Source of the DNA: a virus
Reading direction: 5' to 3' (one strand)
IMG/VR virus record: IMGVR_UViG_3300025108_000024
Location: 1 to 64,000 of that record
DNA length: 64,000 nt
Part shown: piece after piece, positions 35,892-44,500 of the stretch
Layout: each line of letters opens with the position of its first letter
Position numbering within the stretch: position 1 is the stretch's first letter
Made by a program: the position numbers and the translations under genes
Notes under the pieces: model-generated
What the model saw: the letters and a program-made list of their open reading frames with translations, nothing else
Databases searched by the model: none
What the model was told of the DNA's origin: nothing

Positions 35892-38165
35892 TTATAATAT
35901 TTCTATATCAGCACCTGCTGCTATTAATGCAGCTAATGTATCATTATCAACTTCTATTTCTCCACCACCTTGCATTTCATCTTTATGAAGATAACCTAGT
36001 TTCTTCATTCTTTCATGATCAGCTGGTTCATTGGCTTTATATCCTTTACCTGTTTTAGGATCAAACATCATATGTGCTTCAAACTCACCACCTTTTTTTA
36101 GTTCAGCACCATATCTTGTAAGTTGTTGAGCATAAGCATCTACAAGCATATCATTTTCATTCAGACCATATTGATCTGTTGTCCCTCTTTTATTTAGTGG
36201 ATTTTCAACTGTAGCAAAAATGTCATCTGCACCAAAGCCACGTAGCTCTTTATCCCGTTTTTTTGCTTTGTTTTCTGCATATATTTCATTTGCAAGGTTA
36301 CTTGCCTTAACAAGGAAATTAGCACCTGCCCCAACGGCTTGAACTGTAGGATCGTTCTTTATAAAGTTCTGAGCCTTTTTTATACCTGTCCCTATACTTC
36401 TATTTCTTTCTACAGTTGGAGTTGTAGCTTGTAGATCTAAAGTTGCTTCAGCAGTTGCTTCATCTACATATGGGGGTGTTGTTGTTTGATCTGTATTTGA
36501 TTTTTTACCTGCTTGTAATTGAGCGTCTTTAACAATTTGAGTATCTCTTTTATAATCAGTCATGGGATTAAAGTAATTACTAAAATCCCCTGATTCTAAA
36601 ATATTTTTTCCAAAAAGACCTTGTTGTTCTTGAAAAGGTGTTGGCCCCATAGGAGAATCTGATGGTATGTTTAAATTATTTAAAAAGCTCATGTCTGGTA
36701 AACTATATTGAGCTTTTGGTAATAGTCCACCGTATTTTTTGTTTTCTAACATTTCCATGACAGACTTAGCTTTATCTTCTATAAAAGGTGCTGCTTTGTC
36801 ATTTATAAAAGACTTAGCTCCATTAACACCATTATTAAAAAAGGCTCCTAACTTAGACATTGCTTCTTCAAGATCTGATTTTGATGGAGCTTCTGGTTGA
36901 CTTGGTGTATCATTTAAATAATTGTTATAGTCTTGCTTTGCAGTACCAGTCATTCTTGTAACTGGATCTTTCATAGCCCATTCCTTAAACGTTAGTTTTG
37001 AATCAGTACTTAAAATGCTTTTGTCCTTTTCTAGAATACTAGTATTGGTATCCTCAACTGGAACTGCGTCTGTAACACCACTATAAATAAAGGGATTATC
37101 ATTACTCATAGATTTATTACCCAACATTAAATCTTTGTAGTCTGCTTTCTTATTTTCTAATTGTTCTTTAGACAATGTACTACCATCATAGCTTGATCTG
37201 TTAAGATTAAGACCTTGATCAGAATCATATTTTTTAGATGCTAGCATCATTTCTAAATCAGTAAGATCCGTGGTTTTTAAATTTTCTACTACATTATTGT
37301 ATGTATTGTCAAAATTAAGTTTCTTTTTTTGATCTTTACCTAATAGCTTGTAGTCTTCTTCACTGCTTGCATTTATTGATTCATATTTTTTAGTGTCCGT
37401 ATTAAAATCTAATAAGCTGTATTTTTGTAAATCACTATTAAACTGATCATTAGTTCTTAAAGTATTATTTGTTAAATCTGTAAAGTTTAAATTATAATCT
37501 TCAATGTTAGAACCATTGCTATTTATAGTAAATTCATTTAATGCTTCTTGGCTTCTTTTAAACCTAGCTCTTTTAGCTCCCATATCACTAAAAGCACCAT
37601 CTCTTAAACCATCTCCGTTTAAGTCTTTTGTTCCAAATAAATCACCAGCTGCATCATCTAATAACATAGCAGCTCCCATAAGATTACCTGTTGCTGCTAC
37701 AGGTGGTAAGTATAATGGTCTACGTGGTTGACCTGAACCAAAGAGAGGACCTCTTCCACTATTACCACTACCACCAAATTGCATTTGAGGTTGACTTGTG
37801 CTTTGTGCAGCTTGTTTAGCCATCTCAATAATACTTTCTTGGCTTGGAGCTTGATCATTAGGATCTTGCTGTTGCTGAGGTTGTTGAAGCTGCTGTTCTT
37901 GTTGTTGTTGTTGTTGTAAATTTTGTTTCTCTAAAATTTCTGCTGATTGAAATAAATCAACAACTGCACTTGGTGAATAACCAACTGCTTCAAGTACTTG
38001 ACTCATTTGAGAAGCCTCTACACCTTCAGCCATTAACTTAATTATAATTTCTTCAGGAGTCTGACCATCATTAGCCATCATCTTAAATTCATCATAAATA
38101 GGTTGTATAGCAACATTAATTGATTGCTGATCTCTGCTGTCTACACTTTTATTGTTTAAATCCAT
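35892..38165 (-). CDS. Putative virion cargo protein, low-complexity, with poly-Q
   Basis: 757 aa; poly-Q; five xxG[GA] motifs; DLNGDGLRD loop. Confidence 0.65.
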   Translation of the reverse strand: MDLNNKSVDSRDQQSINVAIQPIYDEFKMMANDGQTPEEIIIKLMAEGVEASQMSQVLEAVGYSPSAVVDLFQSAEILEKQNLQQQQQQEQQLQQPQQQQDPNDQAPSQESIIEMAKQAAQSTSQPQMQFGGSGNSGRGPLFGSGQPRRPLYLPPVAATGNLMGAAMLLDDAAGDLFGTKDLNGDGLRDGAFSDMGAKRARFKRSQEALNEFTINSNGSNIEDYNLNFTDLTNNTLRTNDQFNSDLQKYSLLDFNTDTKKYESINASSEEDYKLLGKDQKKKLNFDNTYNNVVENLKTTDLTDLEMMLASKKYDSDQGLNLNRSSYDGSTLSKEQLENKKADYKDLMLGNKSMSNDNPFIYSGVTDAVPVEDTNTSILEKDKSILSTDSKLTFKEWAMKDPVTRMTGTAKQDYNNYLNDTPSQPEAPSKSDLEEAMSKLGAFFNNGVNGAKSFINDKAAPFIEDKAKSVMEMLENKKYGGLLPKAQYSLPDMSFLNNLNIPSDSPMGPTPFQEQQGLFGKNILESGDFSNYFNPMTDYKRDTQIVKDAQLQAGKKSNTDQTTTPPYVDEATAEATLDLQATTPTVERNRSIGTGIKKAQNFIKNDPTVQAVGAGANFLVKASNLANEIYAENKAKKRDKELRGFGADDIFATVENPLNKRGTTDQYGLNENDMLVDAYAQQLTRYGAELKKGGEFEAHMMFDPKTGKGYKANEPADHERMKKLGYLHKDEMQGGGEIEVDNDTLAALIAAGADIEIL
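37862..37920 (-). repeat. (CAA)n poly-glutamine tract
   Basis: LQQQQQQEQQLQQPQQQQDP. Confidence 0.8.
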
Positions 38166-38184
38166 TGCCTATATAGTATAACAT

Positions 38185-38215
38185 TAATATACAAATAATT
38201 GAGGAGAATGCCTAA
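38185..38215 (-). promoter_or_regulatory. Putative promoter (TTTGTATATTA)
   Basis: Recurrent motif in the short gap upstream of the ORF starting at 38165; TTAG about 20 nt upstream. Confidence 0.55.
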
Positions 38216-41200
38216 TTATCAGTTTGTTTGATTACTTTACTTATTATATAATTTGGAACTGTCATTCCTTCTTGTTTAGCTTCTTTATAATGTTTTACAT
38301 TAAGTTTGTCATATAATTTTGCTGCACTTTTTTCTCTAGATGTACCATCATATTTACCATATATATAGTTATTGTATACACCATACTCTCCTCCTTGTGC
38401 CATGGATGACATTTCAAAAGGTGATGTATTTTCTTCAACAGCAGCAAATGATTCAGGAAATAAATCTGATCTGTAGCTATTTACCTTTTTAATATAAGAG
38501 TCAGCAGGACGTACAGATCCGGGCATTCCTTCTGGTAGTATTTGACCCATTTTAAAAGCAGCATCAGCTATGGCAGGAACATATTTATAGTTGGTTGAAT
38601 TAATATCTAATAATGTAGCATCATATAAATCTCTTAAAGCTTTTACTTCTTCACTTGAACTTCTATTATCATCTACACGCCCTGTTTTTAATAATCTGTT
38701 AGCTCCTTGATTATATGCTAAGATGGACATATTTCTAATATCAGTTTCTGTTAAACCTAATGAAGGATATTCTTTTGCATAGTCTTTAAAAAGCTCATAG
38801 TTTTTAGTTATCGTATATGTTATTGCATCTAAACCTTTATTGTCATCTTTAAGGTCTTCTACACTATTAATATCAAAATACTTTTTTGCAAAAGCGTCTA
38901 ATGAAGCAAGTTTGGTTTTACCAATACCTAATGAAATATCTTTATCTTCTTTCCCTTCAATATCATAAAATACACCTCTAGCAACATTTTTTAAAGTTCC
39001 TGTAGTAACATCATCTCTTGATCTTGGGACACTACTACCAACACCTGTTTCAACACCTGTTATACCAATAACAGTTGACTCAAGCCATTTAGGATCTACC
39101 GAAGAATTTAATATCTCAGGAATCTTTAAAGAGTTATATTTTGTTCTTTTAAATATATTTTGAAGTTGCTCAAGCCTGGCTCCTTGATACTCAACATTTT
39201 TACCATCAGAACCAGAATATCTAAATGCTAAATTTTGTATTGCTAAATCATTAACTTCTATATCTTCTATTCCATCAACATTATATCTTGACTTAATCTC
39301 AAGATTTTCATTTGGTCTTTTTATCCATCCAGTAACTAGTTCATTATATGGTTGTTGTAAAACAGAACCGTTAACATTATGTGTGATAATTGGAATACCA
39401 TCAACTACATCTGAAACAAAACCGCTATGAGTATTATGAGTTTTAGAGTTTAGTGTTTCTTGATGATGACTTGAACCATCCCAATACAAACCAACTATAT
39501 CACCTATTTTATAATCTGATGCTTTTGTTTGTTTTCTCTTTTTTACTTCTTTAGTAACTCTTTTAAGATCTGCTACTGAGTTAACATTTTGAAATGCAGT
39601 ATCATCATATATATTAAAAACAGTATTACTATTTTCACTTTTGTCCATGTTTTCAAATATGTCCCAAGCATCTTTATATTTAACACCCAACGCCTCTGTC
39701 ATTACTTCATTTCCTTCAAGTATAGTACACATACCAGCTGCACATCTTGTCTCATCTAGTTTGCTTGGTATAAAATTAAAAACTTGAGCTTGAGGATCTT
39801 CTTGCGTATTTGCTGTGTTATATGCATCCAATGCCTCTTTAGTTTGATCACCAAATTTTCCATCAATGCTACTTGCATTTCTATTAGTTAGTGTAGGGGA
39901 AAGATAACCTTCATCAACAAGTTTTTGTTGAATACCCATTACTTCTTTTTCAGTGTCTATAGAATACTTGTTATGATATCTAGATATTGCTGTAGGATTT
40001 AAATTTAAATCATCCACCATGGCTTCATGAGCCTGATATGTTTTAGGTCCGTATACACCATCTTTACCAGTTTTACCAATGTTATATCCTTTTTCTAATA
40101 ACACTTCTTGTAAATCTTCAATTTCTTTTTCACTAGCTTCACTCATATCTTTCCAACCTCTTGAATATTCATTGGACTTTTTAATAAAGTCAGCTGTAAG
40201 ATTAGGACTGTTATATGGTGTATCTACTAATTTTTCTTCTTCTGATATTTCTTGCATCAACTTTTCAAAATCAACCTCAGACATTGGCTCTGAGTTAGGA
40301 AGTAATGCTAATTTATTTAATTTGTTATTACTTATAGCTGTATTATCTTGTGCAACTCTTCTTTCATTTATAAGAGTATCATTAACTTGATTAGGATTAT
40401 CATCAGCTAAAAAGTCTAGTAATGCTGTATTTTTTTTAAAATCTAAATTAGGTGAAACATTATATCTAGGTCTAACAATTCTAGTATTATCTTGTGCTAC
40501 AGCATATCTTTCTTCACCGTTACCATATTGAAATGTTTTATATCCATTCTTAATACCTTCTTTTTCTGCAGCTTTTTTACTTTCTAAGAAACTAGCTCTG
40601 TCTCCATCAGCCTCTACATTTTTATGACCCGTTAACCATACGTCTAAAGAAGATATATTACCGTCTACAAAATCTGAAAGCTTTGTTTTTGACTCAATTA
40701 AATTTGCTAAAAATAATGCGTACTGATCTTCTGAAGATAGTTGATCAGCTGATTTAGCATTTATAATACTATCTTTTATAGTAAAGCCTTTTGCGTTTGC
40801 AACATTTTTATATCTTTTTAATGCTGTATCAAATGACTCACCTTCAAATTGAAATAAACCTCTACCAGGTCCACCTTGATATTGTTTAGCTTTTGGATCC
40901 ATTCTTGACCAAGGGCTTGATTCATGATAAGCAATTGTATCTGCTAATTGACCCCACGTATCTACTGTTCCTCCTCTAGTGTCTACTAAATAATTAGATA
41001 AAGCATTATAGTCTAATACATTAGAATTTTTAGACACTCCTGCTTTTGGTATAGGAGGAGACCTATCTATTTTATTTGGTAATACTAATTGTTGACCTAA
41101 CTTTAAATTTTCATAATCTAAATTAGGGTTAGCTTCTTTTAATGCTTCCCATGGTATTTTATTTTTATTAGCAATACCATAAAATGTATCTCCACTTGCT

Positions 41201-41514
41201 ACTTTATATTCACCCTTTGACTGAAACATTTCTATTCCTCTTTGTGCTAAAGGGACTTCAATAACATGATCTGCATCTCCGTAGTTATAGTTCTTTACCC
41301 CAGGTTTCATATCATGAACAACACCATTGTTTCCATATCCCCTAACTGGAAAATCTACACCTTCCATAGTAATATTACTTGATGGTATGATGTTATAAGG
41401 ATTGTTTACATCAGGACTATTTCTTTTATATCCTTCTGTACTAAACATTTCTGATACATGTGTTATGTATTCATTTGGTCCCCCTGGTAGCCCTATACTT
41501 TTTTTATTTGCCAT
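38212..41514 (-). CDS. Multi-domain virion peptidoglycan hydrolase (LysM, lysozyme-like, 2x PG-binding, Cys/His amidase, SLT-like)
   Basis: YKVASGDTFYGIA..ANP..LKLGQQLVLP; HES..GPGRGLFQF; DGVYGPKT and DGKFGDQT; CAAG..GDIV..HSGF; ET..AYNQG..YIKKV. Confidence 0.85.
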   Translation of the reverse strand: MANKKSIGLPGGPNEYITHVSEMFSTEGYKRNSPDVNNPYNIIPSSNITMEGVDFPVRGYGNNGVVHDMKPGVKNYNYGDADHVIEVPLAQRGIEMFQSKGEYKVASGDTFYGIANKNKIPWEALKEANPNLDYENLKLGQQLVLPNKIDRSPPIPKAGVSKNSNVLDYNALSNYLVDTRGGTVDTWGQLADTIAYHESSPWSRMDPKAKQYQGGPGRGLFQFEGESFDTALKRYKNVANAKGFTIKDSIINAKSADQLSSEDQYALFLANLIESKTKLSDFVDGNISSLDVWLTGHKNVEADGDRASFLESKKAAEKEGIKNGYKTFQYGNGEERYAVAQDNTRIVRPRYNVSPNLDFKKNTALLDFLADDNPNQVNDTLINERRVAQDNTAISNNKLNKLALLPNSEPMSEVDFEKLMQEISEEEKLVDTPYNSPNLTADFIKKSNEYSRGWKDMSEASEKEIEDLQEVLLEKGYNIGKTGKDGVYGPKTYQAHEAMVDDLNLNPTAISRYHNKYSIDTEKEVMGIQQKLVDEGYLSPTLTNRNASSIDGKFGDQTKEALDAYNTANTQEDPQAQVFNFIPSKLDETRCAAGMCTILEGNEVMTEALGVKYKDAWDIFENMDKSENSNTVFNIYDDTAFQNVNSVADLKRVTKEVKKRKQTKASDYKIGDIVGLYWDGSSHHQETLNSKTHNTHSGFVSDVVDGIPIITHNVNGSVLQQPYNELVTGWIKRPNENLEIKSRYNVDGIEDIEVNDLAIQNLAFRYSGSDGKNVEYQGARLEQLQNIFKRTKYNSLKIPEILNSSVDPKWLESTVIGITGVETGVGSSVPRSRDDVTTGTLKNVARGVFYDIEGKEDKDISLGIGKTKLASLDAFAKKYFDINSVEDLKDDNKGLDAITYTITKNYELFKDYAKEYPSLGLTETDIRNMSILAYNQGANRLLKTGRVDDNRSSSEEVKALRDLYDATLLDINSTNYKYVPAIADAAFKMGQILPEGMPGSVRPADSYIKKVNSYRSDLFPESFAAVEENTSPFEMSSMAQGGEYGVYNNYIYGKYDGTSREKSAAKLYDKLNVKHYKEAKQEGMTVPNYIISKVIKQTDN

Positions 41515-44500
41515 TATCTAATTGATAAATTTAGTTTAGTAGTAGCTAGCTTTAAAAGCATTTTTCTATCACCTGAAATTCTTCTTCTTAATAATACTTT
41601 ATTATAATAATGTCTAAATCTTTTATGTTGAGTTTCTTCCTTAGCATAATTAAGATTTGCGTTATTTAAGTCTCTAATGTATCCATTTACCTGAGTGATA
41701 AAGATATTCTGTTGAACAGTACTAAATTCACCTCTATCCATAGTCACATCCCAAAACTGATTAAATCTATATTTCTGTTCTTCTTTAGAATACAATATTC
41801 TCATATCATTAAAACCAATCACAGGATATTGTACCATAGCAAAAGGATCATTCTTAGGAGTCAAGTCTAATTTTAAAAGACCTGATACTTGTTCTGTATT
41901 ATGTATTATTGCTTCATCAAAATTAAAGTCTAAATCATGCCATCTATCATCAGCACAACCATTTAATAAATCTCCACCATATACATATGATTCAAGCATG
42001 TATTCAACACTACGTAATGTATTAACCTTGTTACCAGTATTTTCTATAATTTCAACTTCCCAAGGATAATCTTTACCGTAGTAATTAACATACTGTGCAC
42101 ATGTAGCATTGTGTCTCCATATACCACCGGTGCCATCAGACAACCTAGTCTTAGTAGTAAAGAAATGATTTATACTAGGTATTACAAGCTCAGGGTGCCA
42201 ATCATGGAAAGATATCCATGCTCTTGTTTTAGGATCATATGAAACTGTCCATGAAGCTTGTTGAAAAAATACAGGATCTCCAATTTCAATTTCAATCTCT
42301 CCACCAGTCTCAGGAAAATATATAAATGAATTAGTTATTGTATTAAATTCTACACAACCACCCTGTGGTCCTTTTGTTCTAAAAGGGTCATATCCACTTC
42401 TTCCATCATCACATAAATAACTTTCTCTAAGTTTATAATCAGTTTTAGTAAAATAAACTATGTCATAGTTAGGATCATATATTGTCTGACAACCAACACC
42501 TTTAATAGGGTTATCACTTAAAGGACTTTGTTCCAATGCTGGAAACTGTCTTATTAAAATAGAAGGAAGGTATTTATTAAACCACTGCTTCATTCCATTG
42601 TTGGCTATATTTTCTAACTTACCTGTATAATGAAATATTTTACCTTGTGCTTGAGATACAAAGAACACTCCCATTGGTGTATTTACCACACCTCGTGCAC
42701 TTTCGGATGAACCATATTCATTAGATAAATCACTATTAACAATATTTTGAAAAGGTTGATTAAATAAACCACCATCTCCTACTGTTAATTTAGTACCCAT
42801 ATCTGTTTGTAGTGTATCAACACCTTGTAACATTTTGGGTGATTGATAAGGAAAAAGAATTAAGGCTCCTGTCTTACTTATTGGTTTAATTACATTTACT
42901 TTACTTTTAAAGTCTTTATAATTATTTGGTAAGAAAACTCTCCAAAAATCTTTCTTTGCTTCAAGCTTAGCTTGTAAAGAGTATAGCAATCTTTTAGGAT
43001 AATACTGATAACAATTTTCAGCAACATACGGATCATAGTCTCTTGGCTGTACAGATCCAAATGATACTACTTGTGTTACAAATTTAGACGGACTTAGTGA
43101 CAAATCATATTTATAAAGATTGCCTTTTTTAATATGATCAGCATGAAACATTTCATCTTTATCAGTGAAACTAAATTCATCATAGTGTCTTTCGTAACTA
43201 TTATCACCCCAATCTCTTTGTGCTAAATTATACTCTGATTCTACATAAAAATCTTGAACTCCATTTACGTGAGTATACATATAAGCGTATGTCATTGCAA
43301 ATGCATGGTTAGGATCAGATCCGTTTCCAAACACTGCTTGCAGACCTGAAGCTGTACTATTTGTTCCTCTGTCTAAATAAAACAAATCATTAGGCATTGC
43401 ATTTTCAGAGTTGGTTAAACCTAATGATATAATCTCACTAGCTAACTCAGCTGTATCAAACTTTCTAGTATCCATCCAAAATCTTGGATAAGGAATATTA
43501 ACTCTTTTTAAATAGTCATAAGCAAATTCATTAGGTTGACCATTTAAGAAATCTGTAAAAATTGGCATTACCGTTTTTTCAGTAAATCTACCCACATAGG
43601 TATCACCAGAAAAAATAGGCTGTGAATTAAATTTTTGTTGAGTGCTTACGGGTTCTATTAATTCAATACAACCTCTCATATGAATTTGTTTTATACCATC
43701 TAATTGACCATATTGATTTTCAAATTCAAATTTAATTCCGCCATATAAAGCGGATATATTTCTTTTTCTTTCTTGACCTGGTCTCCTAAGATAAGTATCA
43801 CCTGTATCACTGTCTGCGTCTCCACCAATTTGATACCTAGATTTATCAACTACTGTAGGAATATCTACTTCATCTTCTGTAGCAAGTGCTACAGTTAAAG
43901 GTCTAAATAAGTTATTTATTTTATAGCCATTAAACTCTTGAAAACTACCTCCTACATAGTTTGCATTTATTGTTTTAGTTCTATATTGTTGAGAATCTAA
44001 TAACCTTTTAAATTCATAATAAAATCCATGAGAGTTGTGTTTGAAAGCAAAGTCTTGCTCTTTTACCATATTATAAAATAAATCTATAATTTCTTGTGCA
44101 CCTATTGCTATGTTTGTTCTAGCTATAATAGCAGATAAGAATACATTTATAACAGTTGGTATTGCACCTGTTGGATTTTTAATTTCATACTTTGTATTGT
44201 ATTGACCAGAATCAACCCCAGGTATAGAAGCAAATCCATTGTTTGCAACATTTTGGAGTTGTAAATTTAATTTATTAGCAAAACCACCACCACTATATAA
44301 AGACGCAATACTTGTAAGGTCACTAAGTAGTTCATTTAATAAAGCATTACCAATAGCATTTTTAGCAACTGCAACCCCCGCACCGGCTGCACTAGCAGCT
44401 ACTGATGTTAAATAACCAGTACCAGGAATTGAAGTAGCAAAACCACCTACTAAATCAGGAAATACACCCGACATCCCATTTGATAGTCCTGTATACTCAT

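Noticed and set aside
37598-37627. DLNGDGLRD EF-hand/dockerin-like loop
   Set aside because: Single short DxNxDG match without a paired repeat or flanking domain; not enough to call calcium binding.
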